A DNA stretch of 64,000 bases from Selaginella moellendorffii (taxonomy: Eukaryota > Plantae > Lycopodiophyta), in the NCBI RefSeq assembly GCF_000143415.4, contig NW_003314318.1, positions 806,001 through 870,000 of the forward strand, in the 5' to 3' direction. Position numbers and translations under genes: made by a program. Below are positions 10,995 through 22,954 of the stretch, in pieces. Positions within the stretch are counted from its first letter, which is position 1. Each line of letters opens with the position of its first letter. The notes under the pieces were generated by a model that had not been told where the DNA came from, ran no database searches, and saw only the letters and a list, made by a program, of their open reading frames with translations.

Positions 10995-12470
10995 CTGAGA
11001 GATCCACGCGAAGGAGAGCAGCGATCACTCCACTAGGAATTCCGCGAGGTTGCGGGTGTGGGCGTAGCAAACGAGCTACTCAAGCTCAAGCAGCGCCACG
11101 CCACCTGGCTCTGATGTGGCATGCCAGACAGCATGGCATTCCGCGTCATGGAGGTGCTCCAGCAAAGACGTCCAGCTCACAAGTCCCTGCACGGCGATTG
11201 GTCCAGCCAGCGCCACATCACTCCTGCACATAGTCCACTCTGGAATGGTGGCATAGAAGATCATGGGACCCAGATCTGTTACAAACATTCTACTTTGTAG
11301 TCTTGAGGAGAGAATTTGAAGGAGTTGTTGTGATATTGTGGCCACTTTAGTGTAATTGCTGCCAAATATGTAAAAGGTAGACATTTGTGTGTGGTGTATA
11401 CCAACCTTCACCTCAAATAGCAAAGCCATCCCTCCCAAGGGATTGGAGAGACCATTACCCAACTACTGAATACAAACAATGCCCTTTAGCCTGATATGCT
11501 GCAAAGATCTTCTTGTGCTTCTGTCCAAGAGGCCAATAGAGCTCAACACCTTTATCCCGCATAGTATTCACCATTTGCAGATACTGCATAAAGGTTGTCG
11601 CCTTGTAGCCATGTATTAAACGCTTTTTCCATCTATAGCGCTTGGGACATAAGCAAACAAACGCGTTGCAGTCACAAGGACGAGATTTACCTCTGGAATT
11701 CGAGCATAGAGATTCTCGGCTTGGATCACATTCCCATGGATCATCGTGGCTAGCGAGGCGAGATTCTTTTCTTCCATGCGATCCAAGAGTAGCTGGATCG
11801 ACACAATTCCAGCCAGGGAAAACACTGAGAGCATTAGATTCCAGGACACACAATCCCGTTCATCGATGAGGTTCTTTGCTTCATCTGCGAGTATAAGCAG
11901 TGAATTCCAAGAAACCGAGTTTCTCGCCTGCATTACATCGAATACTCTCTTCGCGGATTCCAGATCGTCATCCTGAGAACACGGCGATAGCAGCGAGTTC
12001 CACGAAACCAAAGCCCTCACTGGCGTATCACGGAAGAATTTTCTCTCCAGCCGCTGTGAACAGAAGAGTTTTCCAGGATATAAGATTCCTTACTGGAATC
12101 TGATCAAAGCTCCCAAGACAGTCTTACAAATGCCCGTGTTGGGCATGAAGCATTCCGTTCCACGAGACCAGATCTTTTCTGGGCATTGAATAAAAACATC
12201 ATTTGCATTCATCTATACAAACCGTCACATATTGCCTAATAGAGGACCAGAATGGCATTCTTCCCAGCAAAAGCAAATCTCCATTTCTGGCATTTGCTGC
12301 AACCATAGCAGTCCATGACACAAGATTCCTCTCGGGCATCTGAAGAAATATATATTTCGCAGATCCAAGACGAACAGCTTTAAAGTAGGCATCCAGTATT
12401 GAATTTCATCACACCACACCACTCCGGCATAGCATAAAGGAAACGATCTCTTCCAGGAAATCCAGTTGAT
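10995..12470 (-). pseudogene. Fragmented duplicate of the PPR gene at 7312-9528
   Basis: Colinear blocks (LVSWNSLLS...LESAKRVFDVMQARNSVSWNSLL; ERDCVSWNLMLSVFSLAG; MEEKNLASLATMI) with many deletions and frameshifts, plus an unrelated insert at about 11230-11620. Confidence 0.88.
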
Positions 12471-12556
12471 TCAAGTCAATGAGTAGTCACGTAATGTCAA
12501 TACAGTCAATACATTGACTGTTTTGACTTTTTTAGCTCGTGAGCTCGGGCTCGCTG

Positions 12557-14177
12557 TTAATCTCTTGTACTGAGATTGATCTCACTATACTTTAGAGTGA
12601 GATGGCGGACAAATCCATCGGGATCCATGCCTTTACCAGTCACGACTTGGAGGAGCTCCTCGGCAGTCTCATACAAGCGCCCAATGCTGTGAACTTTGTC
12701 ACGCAGCCACTCGCGCAGTGGCGCAAACTTTCCCTGCGCAATGTTTTGGCGGACAAGGCCACCGAGATCTCTATCCGCCGCATCGAACAGCTGACAGGCA
12801 TAGATCGCTCCAAGAACATAGGTTGGGAAGTATCCAAAGATCCCCAAGCTCCAGTGGATGTCCTGCAAATCCAAGTATCGTGATTCCAAGCTCCAGATAG
12901 AAGCGATTCGATCGACTAGACTTGCCTGTAAGCAACCTTGAGCATCGTTTGAAACAGTCACACCGAGGTACTCCTCCATCTTGGCGTTCCAAACGCTGGG
13001 AATCTCAGTGACGCTCAAGCTCCCATCAAACAATCCCTTCTCGATCTCGTAGCGGATGAGAATGTGCAAGGGGTACGTGATCTCGTCGGCCTCCACTCTC
13101 ACAAGCGAGGGCTTCACCCTGGTCAAGTAGCGGTAGAAGCCATCGCCCGTTATCACGCCGTGCTTCGCAAGGCCAGACCCCGGCCAGTAGTGATCCCAGA
13201 ACTCGCGGCTCAAGCCCACCATGCGCTCCCAGAAGAGCGACTGGCTCTCGTGCATTCCCGTGCTAAGCGGTCGCAACGCGATCAAGCCCGGCTCCTCGAC
13301 TCGCCCTTGCTCGTATAGCGCATGTCCGGTCTCGTGGATCGCCGCCAAGATGCCAAACCTGCGCTGATTCAAAGACGATATTAGATGTTCGAAGAACTTT
13401 GAAGAAATCATGCACAGACCTGGGATTGTTCTCGATGAACTTGGACGTGATCCGGACGTCCGAGGGTGGCGAGACTGGAACTGTCATTGGATGGACGGAA
13501 TCATCCAGCCGACCATTGAAGCCCATGTCCTGGATGATCTTCCTCGCAAGCTCTCTCTGCGGCTCCATTGGAAATGCCACGCCTGGCGTGTCATAATCGG
13601 GCTGTTTGATCTTGGCCAGGAGCCCGATGAGGGGCTGCTTGATCCGCTCAAACATGCGATCCATCTTTTGCACCGAGGACCCACGTTCGTGTTCGTCCAG
13701 CACGTAGTCATATGGATCCATACCCGGCGACACCACCGCCGCCTCCTCCTTGCGGATCGAGATCCACTCGCTGATAACCGGGGCCATGAGATCGAACCGG
13801 TTCTCGCGGCGTGCTTGCTCCCAAGTAGCCTGCGCCGTGACTTCCAGGCCCGAGATCCTCCTGTACAAGCTCTCCCGCGTCTTGATCACTCGGCTGTATT
13901 CCCGGTACGCCTCGCGGATCGTGGCACGTTCCATGGCGGAAAGAGTGGAGGGATCGATCTCCCGCGCGCGCTCCAGGCAGCTGCCAAGCTCCTCGGAGTT
14001 TTGCATCTTGTAGAGGAGCGAGGCCAGCGCTTCGACCTGGCGCTTGCGAGCCTGATGCGCTCCTGCCGGGAGTGTTACCTGTTGATCCCATTGTAGCAGC
14101 GCCATGACGCTTCCAATGGCTTCGATCTCCCCGAGCTGCTGCCTGAGCTGCTCCATCAATGAACTTTTCGTACACAT
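12557..14177 (-). CDS. Family M32 metallocarboxypeptidase (thermostable carboxypeptidase 1 / CP Taq-like); exons 14177-13420, 13358-12926, 12862-12557
   Basis: Motifs LLQWDQQV, GRLDDSVHPM, DVRIT, HEXXH = HETGHALYEQG, HESQSLFWE, VRVEADEITYPLH, DAQGCLQDIHW, GYFPTY. A 61-bp GT-AG intron and an in-frame 63-bp GC-AG intron. Confidence 0.93.
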
Positions 14178-15409
14178 ACTCTAAACTATTTAAGAATTGC
14201 GTTGAGATATTCTTAGGTTAGCACACAAAGAATGTATGCACATTCCGTGCAAGCACAAATGGCCCTACATGAAATGAAAATCCACATGTTTGCACGGAAT
14301 GTTGACCATCACCAGGTATTTTAAGGAACAGCCCGCTAGAGCTTATAGAGTAGAACGGAAACGAAGCAAAGGTGGAGCAAGGTAACGATCGTTTCTTTCT
14401 TTTTACTTCGGAATCTGTTTTCTGATGTTTTTTTCTAGATGAATTCGGCATCCTTGTGCTTCTTCATTTTGTGCATCATCGTCGCTCGTTCTTACGGATG
14501 GAGTTTGGTAAATCCAAGCTTGATACTCCCCACCAAGGCTCACAACATGAGCTCGTTTGCAAGAATGCCAGCGGCAATTGAGCCACTCGGGTTCGAGTAT
14601 AAGGTGAGGTCTTTGCTATAAGCTCTGCGTTTCAAAGGTTTTACATCCTGCAGATCTACTTGAACACAACCAACGAATGGAGGGTTGAAAACGGCTCGTT
14701 CTTTACAACTGCGCAGCTCCATATTGGAAAGCATCTCTTGGTCCCAGCTCTTAGCACTCATCCCCGCCATTTTCTTCCAGAAGGCAGTGCGCTCCCTACC
14801 CTTGACTCTTTCTCCCTTTCACCCTCCACGAAGACAAAGATGCAAAACATGTATGCCACATACTGTTCCACTTGCCATTGCTTCCACTCGCCTGAACTCC
14901 TTTTGGATTTCCTCCACTCTCGTCGCGTCACACAAGTTCTCCACATAAATCGTTTTGGTGAGAAAGCTAGTAACATCTCCATCCATAGTATTGAGCACCT
15001 TCCAGAAGTTCGAACCGTGTGTCATCTGGTTCCACACCCATGGGCTGTCTATGCATGCCACTTCATCCCTCAAACCGTTGCTTTGGTGATAAACAAATCC
15101 GTGGGTGTCATATGCCATCTCAACACCACCACATTCGATCCTCGCACGCCTGCACTCTTGTACCTCAACACAAAACCGGGGGAATCAAGCCTTTGCCACT
15201 ACCTAGTCCAATATGACATCCTCACTTTCTAAAAGGTTGCAAGAATGATGCGCTCCCAATAATCACACCGAGTATTTCAGAGTTGACTTGTTTGACCAAA
15301 ATAAAATCAAACATAGTAGATGTACAACCTCTTCTCTAGCAAATCCAATCGAACTTCTCACTCTCACCCAAGTGATATCGCGCAACACAATGCTGGATCT
15401 TCAGTGCGA

Positions 15410-16324
15410 TCAGTTGTCCTTCTTCACGGCGGCGCTAGCGGCGGCGAGGTCCTCATCCAGGAGGATGTCCCACAGACCGTCCCAGCGGATGAAGAACTCG
15501 GTGTCGGTCACGTACTGGACGCGGTGGACGTCCCCCGCGGGCGTGTAGAGGAAATCCCCAGTCGCCAGATCGAATACCTCGCCCTTGGTCACATTCCACA
15601 CGCGCTTACGCCCCTCGAGGACGATCACGTCGTGCCCAAAAGTGTGGTGGTGCGCCGGCTCCAGGCTCCCGGCCTTGAATCGCACCACCGCGCTCGTCGG
15701 CTCCTGGCGCAGGATCTTCCACGAGCCCCCGGGCATGATGTCCACCGGATCGAAGCTCCTGGCGCTGGCGAGCTCGCAGATGGCGCAATCGGAACCGGCG
15801 GCGCCGCTGGAATTAGGGTTCTTCGCACTGGCGGCGCCGCCGATTGCTTCCATCTCGGGCAGGGACTTGTCCAGGAAGGTGTGGATCTCCTCCGGCCATG
15901 GATTCCCCTGGTTGGCGGGGCACGGGGACTTGAATGGCGTCGCCAGCCACGCGTCGACGATCTTCTCGGCCTCCGCCGGGGGAGTGGCGACGGCGCCCAG
16001 CGTGATTACGTTCGAGTTGTTGATCGATCGGGCGTTCTGGGCGTCGGCCACGGACGAGCAGGGGGTGGCGTAGATCCCGCGGGACTTGTTGGCGAAGACG
16101 CTCACGCCGATGCCGGTGCCACACACGATCAAGCCCTTGAGCGCCGCCGCCTTGTTCTCGGCCACTCGCTGCCCAATTTCTTCGCCCACCTGGTAGTACT
16201 TGTCGCCCACGCCGCGATCTTCCACCGCGATGCCCTTGCCGCGCAGATACTCCACCAGGTGATCCTTGAGCGCCGCCCCAAAGGGGTCGGCGCCAGCCAC
16301 GATCGCCGCTTCCTCCCCGCCCAT
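15410..16324 (-). CDS. DRT102: DNA-damage-repair/toleration protein DRT102 (RpiB/LacAB sugar-phosphate isomerase domain + C-terminal cupin)
   Basis: IVAGADPFG..LKD, CGTGIGVSVFANK, NARSINNSNVITLG (RpiB fold) and cupin EPAHHHTFGHDVIVLEG...YTPAGDVHRV. Intronless, 304 aa. Confidence 0.9.
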   Translation of the reverse strand: MGGEEAAIVAGADPFGAALKDHLVEYLRGKGIAVEDRGVGDKYYQVGEEIGQRVAENKAAALKGLIVCGTGIGVSVFANKSRGIYATPCSSVADAQNARSINNSNVITLGAVATPPAEAEKIVDAWLATPFKSPCPANQGNPWPEEIHTFLDKSLPEMEAIGGAASAKNPNSSGAAGSDCAICELASARSFDPVDIMPGGSWKILRQEPTSAVVRFKAGSLEPAHHHTFGHDVIVLEGRKRVWNVTKGEVFDLATGDFLYTPAGDVHRVQYVTDTEFFIRWDGLWDILLDEDLAAASAAVKKDN

Positions 16325-16370
16325 TTCCTTTAGGTCAGATTACTATTTTGCCTTTAAGAAAAATGCAATA

Positions 16371-16446
16371 ACAGTCAATAACAGTCAATAACAGTCAATA
16401 AAAGTCTTCAAAGACTGTGTTGGACTTCCATTGACTTCCATTGACT
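16371..16446. promoter_or_regulatory. 10-bp-period repeat array containing five W-box (TTGACY) cores
   Basis: (ACAGTCAATA)x3 at 16371-16400, then TGGACTTCCA-TTGACTTCCA-TTGACT at 16421-16446. It lies between the divergent DRT102 and Bet v 1-like genes. Confidence 0.55.
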
Positions 16447-16768
16447 TTGAGTTGAAATTGGCTCAACTCGTGGGCTTTTACGTAATTTGGCCAATTGCTA
16501 TGTCCTCCTCACGCTGCATTTGCCTAGTGGAGTGATTTTGTACATTCTGGGGAGAAAATCTTTTTGGATCAACGCAAAACGACACGCAAACCCCGACACG
16601 CTTGTGCTGCGACATATAAATATGCATTTCTCTTCTCTGGTCTTTTCCTAGCATTGTAACCAAAGAAACACATCCTCCCAATCAATCACGTCTCGTTGTT
16701 CTCCTGTTCATATAGATCTCCTCTCCTCTTTGGTTTCCTTTGATCGATTGATCGATCCATCATCAATC

Positions 16769-17566
16769 ATGGTGGTGGCAAATGTGAAGGTGGAGATTAT
16801 CCTCAACGTCAATTGCGATCGGGCTTGGGAAGCATTCAAAGATTCCAGCTCCTGGCTTCCAAGAATGATGCCCAATGTCATCCAAAGTTACGAGTACGAT
16901 GGTGGACGAAGAGGGGCTGGAAGTTTGCGACGAGTCACTTACGGTCCAGGCAAGTTTAAGTTTGCTCCTCCCTAGAATGATCATCCATGTGTTAAGCTTG
17001 ATCCGATCCCAGCGATGGATAGATTGTGCTTTCGATGATTTACGTGTGCTTGCATTCGTGATCTTGCCCTGCATTGCCGGATCTCACGTAACTTTCCAAG
17101 AACCTTTTTCACTCCTCCCAAGTTCTTGGGAATTCCACGCTCGAATGAATCTACGGTCTCCCTCGCACGAACTTGAAACGAGTAGAAACGAGTAAGATGA
17201 TAAAAATATTAAAAGTCTCGCTCTCTCTTTCTTACAGATTTCCCGGCTGGATCTTTCTCGCTGCAAAAGATCCTGGCAGAGGATAACAATTCCATGACAT
17301 CGACTTACACGCTTGTCGGTGGAAGTTTGGCGAGCAAGTACACGCATTACGTCGCCACGGTGAGGTTTCGGCCGGGTCCAGCCGATCGATCATCCACCAC
17401 TGTCGCGAGCTGGAGCCTGGACTACGAATTACGCCCCACTGGCACCAGCAGCAGTAGCAGCAGCAGGGATGATCGTGACTCCACTGACAATGCTGCGAGT
17501 CGCTCGCAACAATCGGCGCTAGATGCCTTTAAAGCCCTCGAGCAGTATTTGCTCTCTTCTAGCTAG
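16769..17566 (+). CDS. Bet v 1 / MLP-like (START-fold) protein; exons 16769-16949, 17238-17566
   Basis: MVVANVKVEIILNVNCDRAWEAFKD..WLPRMMPNVIQSYEYDGGRRGAGSLRRVTYGP, then TYTLVGGSLASKYTHY and a C-terminal FKALEQYL. A 288-bp GC-AG intron at the same phase and position as in the PR-10 copies restores the frame. Confidence 0.85.
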
Positions 17567-18508
17567 TAAGAACATTGGTACGGAAGACAATCCTTGCGAG
17601 ACGGAAGAACTTAATGTACGGTTCCCGGGTGGTACCATGTCATACGATTTAATGACATGCGCAACGGACGGAATTAGCTTGGGTTTCCGGTGGATTTCGG
17701 TGGCATAAGTGGTTGGCAATTATAATGTTTGTTGCAAAGAAACTTTTTCTTTGTTATCGTTTCTGATATTTTTTTTCCTTTGATCTTAGCGACGTTTACA
17801 GATTTTTGTTTCTCCAATCTTGGAACTTTCTTTATTAACTCTCGCCATGAATCGATATACATCTAGAAACCGGGCTAAAAAGGATAGAGGACGAAGAGGA
17901 AAGAAGAAAAATTTTCCCTTTTAACCACATTCGCTTGCTTATTCACATACTCTTGTCTTGTCATGGATGTGATGTTCCTTCGTTGATCTTCTTTTTTCTT
18001 TTTTTTTTTCGTTGCGATGGTTTTTTTTTCTTGGTGTTGATGCCCGAAAGAATTCTCTGGCCTGAAAATCAAATACCGAGGGAGTAGCGATTGCTGTGGA
18101 GTTTTCTTCGCTCTCGTTCGTTGTCTATATAGAAACTCTCGCGCAAGCTCGAGTGACAGTAGCAATCAATCGATTTTATCCATATCCCTGTTTTGTTTCT
18201 AGCCCCGAATGAAGAATCCAGTCTGTAAAAATAATCTGAATTGGCTGCCACCACCAAACAGTCAGCCACTCTTGAGATCGATGAATCGACTGGAAAAGGA
18301 AAGAGAGAGAGAGAGAGAGAGAGAAGAAAATGGAGGAAAACGAAGGAGAGACGAGAATGAAAGAAGAAAGAACGAAAGAACGAAAAGAGAACCTTGTTAC
18401 CAGCAGCAATAGTTTTTAAGTCCTCCCACGTCGTGCTTGTTTTTGTCGCTCGCTGCGTAGAACGGTCACAACTCTAGCTCTTTGCTCGCCAATCCGGGAA
18501 CCTGGACA

Positions 18509-20989
18509 TCAATCCTTTTGCTCGCCGATGAGATCGAGCCCGATGACGAGGAAGGAGATCCCTTGGAAGAGCAAGAAGTAGAAGTGCACGCCTTGAGCCG
18601 AGAGCAAACTCCTCGCCGCCGCCGTGAGCAGCAGGAAAGCCAGGCTCAGCTCCTTCCTGTAGAACCGGGCCTTCGGTTTCTTCTGTGGCGATGGAGCCGG
18701 AGCCTTGGACCTTGCAACCTGTTCCTGTTCTTGCAACTTTGCCAGAGTTTCCACCTGTGAATCCGAGGAGCCGCGGAGCAACTGTTGAGCTTCCGCCAGT
18801 TCTTCTTTTGGAGTGACTAATGACAAGTCCGCTTCCGACGCTCGGCCTTTCTTCTTGGTTACCACCCACTCGTAGGCGCTGCTGAGCTGAAAGAGTCCCG
18901 ATATCATAGCGTTGAACTTGGTGACGGACATGGTGTTTTCGAACAGAAGGTAGGGAACGATGAAAGGGAAGGAGCGAGGGGACGGGAGAACGTTGAGGAA
19001 GGACATGAGAGCTGGGACGTAGCAAATCACCCAGACTGGCAAGTGTGACTCTGGAACGAACATGGTCATGGGAAGGATAATGCAGAACAAGGTGAACGAG
19101 TAGAATGGCAGAATGAGCTTTCTAAGCAGGAAAAAGAGAAAGACGAGATTGGCTTTCCTCCACAATGGTATCTGGAAAAATCAACAAAGCCTTTCAAAGT
19201 CAGCAACAACGTACAAAGAAGGAAAACGAAATACTTGCCTTCGCTGTGACAACATCTGGCAAGCACAATCGAAAGAGCTGCATTGGACCCGAATGCCAAC
19301 GATGCTGCTGCTTCCTGTAGGCCTCGTACGATTCTGGAAGCTCGCACAATACGTTGACGTCGTTGAGAAAAATAAACTTCCAGCCTCGCAGGTGAGCTCG
19401 CACAGCAATGTCCATGTCCTCCACAGTCGTCCTTTCCAACCAGCCACCTGAGTCCTCCAAGGCCGTCTTCCTCCAGACTCCAGCGGTCCCGTTGAATCCA
19501 AAGAAGTTGAGAAACACTCCGTTCACCTGCTGTTCGACTTCGAAGTGAAACGAGAGATTTACGTTCTGGAGCCTCGTAAGCAGGTTGTCATCCTTGTTCA
19601 CGAACGCCCATCGTGCTTGTACCAACGCTAGTTTTGGATCTTGCTGCAGAACACAGACCAGCATGTCAAAACGACAAACCAGTTCAAGCTGAGCTGGAGC
19701 ACCTTGAGGTGAGGGATTGTCCGCTTCAGGAAATCAGGCCTTGGTTGAAAATCCGCGTCGAAGATCGCCACAAACTCATAGTCATTGACGTAGTCGCAGG
19801 TCATTGCAGACTTCAAGTTGCCAGCTTTGTAGCCCGTTCGGATTGGTCGGTGCCTGTACACAATTCGTATCCCTTTCTGATGCCACTTGAGGACCTCAGC
19901 TTTGATGAGCATCTGAATCTCCTCGTCGCTCGAGTCGTCCAAAACCTGAACTAGGATCCTGTCCCTAGGCCAGTCGAGTTGGCTCACTGCTGAAATGGAT
20001 TGCTCATACACCTGTTTAGCGAGCGAGAACAGAAAAGGCAACTCAGAAAAAAATGAAAAGTGCTCAAGCAAGCCAGCTCAACGTTTTAAAAACAAACAAC
20101 CAATCGAGCAGGAAGAGAAAAGATGACAGGGTTTGCTTACAAGAAAAAAGAGAAGAACTCATGAAACCAATCTATATCAATCAAAGCATTGCTGGAACTG
20201 GAACTGGAAAGCAAGAAGTGCACATACCTCTCTTTCGTTGCACATCGGGATCTGGCACAACACCATGGGATAGCCATTGTACGGGAGCTCGGGATCGCCA
20301 GAGTCGAGTAACTCCACGCTTGCTTCCGGTCTAATCCTCTTGTACTTGATCCAGATGCAGCCCAGGCACAGCAGCACTCTATCCGCGCTCTGGATGAGGA
20401 ACAAAACGATGCAGCCGTCGGCCAGCGCCTGGAGGGGAGGAGCGATGAAAGTAGCTCTTACGTAAACCCAGCCCAGGTAGATGGTTTGTAGCAGGCTATG
20501 GAGGCTGAGATCTTTGGGGCTGGGAAGATGGAAATGTGGTCGGTTGAAGCGCAAGTGCCAGCCCAAAATGTGGGCACACACCTCCACGACGAGCATCACC
20601 ACCGCGAAGGCCAGGAATCCTCGGATAAACTGGTGGAGCTTGCCCTTGTGCTGTGGCTTCCCCGACGAAGAAGAAGAGTCCGAGTCCCCCGAGCGAGAGC
20701 TAAGAACCAATCGCGTCTTGATGGCCGCGAGCAATGCCCAGATCCCCTGCGCCATCCACGCGACGCACCCCACTGCTCGGTGCGCCTTGAGGAGGAGGAC
20801 CCAAGTGAGCTGCTTGGCGTTCTTCCCTCTATCCTTGTCGCCGTGAAGGGCCGCGTTGGGTCCTTCGATCTCCACCATGGACCAGTTGTTTGGATCTTCC
20901 ATCTTGACAACCACTGGCGTTCCCCCTCCTCCCCCTACTGCCCCGCCCCTGCTCCCAAAGAGCTCCGACAAATCGAAGCTCGGCGGCAT
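18509..20989 (-). CDS. CSLC: Cellulose synthase-like C (xyloglucan backbone glucan synthase, GT2), multi-exon
   Basis: [83 protein letters not shown], and terminal GLDLIGEQ. Confidence 0.96.
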
Positions 20990-22954
20990 CCTGGCTCGAG
21001 ATTTCCCACTGCCACTGCCACTGCCTATCGATCGATCGACCCCATCTCCTTCTACCGCCCTGTTTCTACTCTAGCTCTAGCAAGCTCCCTCGAGGAAGAT
21101 GAAGCGATAGAGATAGCACCTTCTTTGCGCGTGTTCTTCGTCAAAATGTGGAAGAATGCGTGACGATGACCACGACCTGGCACGGATCTTCCAAATTCCT
21201 CCCAATCTCGACGTGCATTGCGCGGCGTCTCACCGCGCGCTGTGAATTGGCCGAGAATGCGGGATCTGCGACCCCGTCCAGACCCTAGAACCCTGGAAAT
21301 ATTTCGGCATTGGAGGGAGAAAGTGACCCTGGATCGATGCTGCTGCCGTGGTACACTACAAGATCTCAATGCGAGGAGGAGGAGGACGACGACGACGAAT
21401 AGACCGCTGTGCCGCTTACCGCCATTGCTACGATAGCTCCTCCCGACCGCTCGTCCCCTTGTTGCCTAGCGCCGCCGCTGGATCCGGCCAGGAATTGCCA
21501 TCCGAGCCACCACCACCGCCGCCCGGCCGCCGCCGCCGAGCGCTGCCGCACATATATTCCCGATCGATCGATCGATGGGCGTCAATGCCGTGCGAGAGTA
21601 GAAGAAGAAGAGGAGGGGGCCTCGCCACGCCCTGCCATTTTGCTCCAGAGCCAACGATATTTGCTCGCACTGGCTGGCTCTCCAAGCCACTGGCATATTC
21701 CACCGCGGAGGGGGTACATTCCGCCGCGGCGTGTGGAATATTTCACCGCGCGGCGCCACCGCTCCGTCACCATGGTAGGTGAACGGTCGTAAGAGGGGAT
21801 GGCCGGAATATCCGTCTGAAAGGCGGGGTCTAGTCGTGTGGTATTCGTATCCTGTATTCGACAGTTACATTACAACCAACGTCAGGTGGCCGAATTTCTC
21901 CCTGAGTGTTGGCCATGTGGCCCACGTCCCGTAATTGTAGTCCCGTGTCGGGCTTTCTGGCCCGCCGCAACTAACGGCTGGGAGGCCGTCCATCCGCTGG
22001 CTCTTCCGCCGCAGAATACCAGGCGTCATTAGGGCCGTCCATCTGGCCCCAAAATGCCTGGCATCATAAGGCCCGTCCATCGCCTCGCCATTCCGTCCCG
22101 GAAATGGTCACTCCCAACTGTGTTTGCAAACGAATGAAGTACTTTCTCCTTGTTTTGTTCGTTTGTGTTTGTGGGTGTGGATGATTTGATTTTGAGCGTT
22201 TGGTAGAAATTTCTTCCACTATTTTTTTTGGATCGATGATGATCCGAAATGCATGCACGATGCTACCGACGTAGTCCGCACGACACAAATGACTCAAAAC
22301 TTTTCGCGTGTTTGTGGGTGTTTGGCCATTGTCTTCCTGTCTTTGTTTTTGTTTTCCACTTCGTCCGAGTGGTCAAAAGTTCTGGGATCATGATGTTTGC
22401 TTCCCATGATCATACCATGATCAAAGCCTCGCGATTTTTTGTTTTCGTTTTGTCAAATGATTGACGTGTGTGTGTGTGTTCGTGCGGGGATCTATGATGA
22501 CAGACAAGGGTCGTCCAGAAATCACGAACTCCTGCCGCTGCGATCAAAATCTCGTGTACGCACAAAAGCAAGCAAGAACAAGCAGCGATCTAGCGAGAAG
22601 AAGATAAAGAACGAAAACTTTGATCTGGTCTTGCTTGCAAGCAAAAGAAGAAGAAGAAAAATAAAACACGAGAACTCACTCGTTTGTTGCGAATGGAACA
22701 CGCTTGTGTTGCTGTTGCAGATTTTTTCATGTAAAAGGGACAAGCTCGCCAACGGATCGCTGTCAGGAATTGGTGAATGCACACCTGAAAGCCATCGATG
22801 GGTGAACTGGAAAATGCCAAACGAGACGAGATTTTTGTCCTACCTTTTAGAGGCCAAAACTCTGGAAACGATCGCAGTTTTTAGGGCTCGAGACGATGAG
22901 GGCTGCTGCTGCTCGAGTGAGAAGAGGTGGGTTCTTAGAGTTCTCTCCTTTGTC

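Noticed and set aside
14540-15232. Short ORFs on both strands between M32 and DRT102 (possible F-box-like relic)
   Set aside because: Fragmented across frames with no diagnostic motif.
15320-16333. 337-aa plus-strand ORF
   Set aside because: Antisense shadow of the GC-rich DRT102 CDS.
21052-22080. Cluster of overlapping GC-rich ORFs upstream of CSLC
   Set aside because: Low-complexity Arg/Pro/Gly translations typical of a GC-rich 5'UTR/promoter; uORF function cannot be supported.
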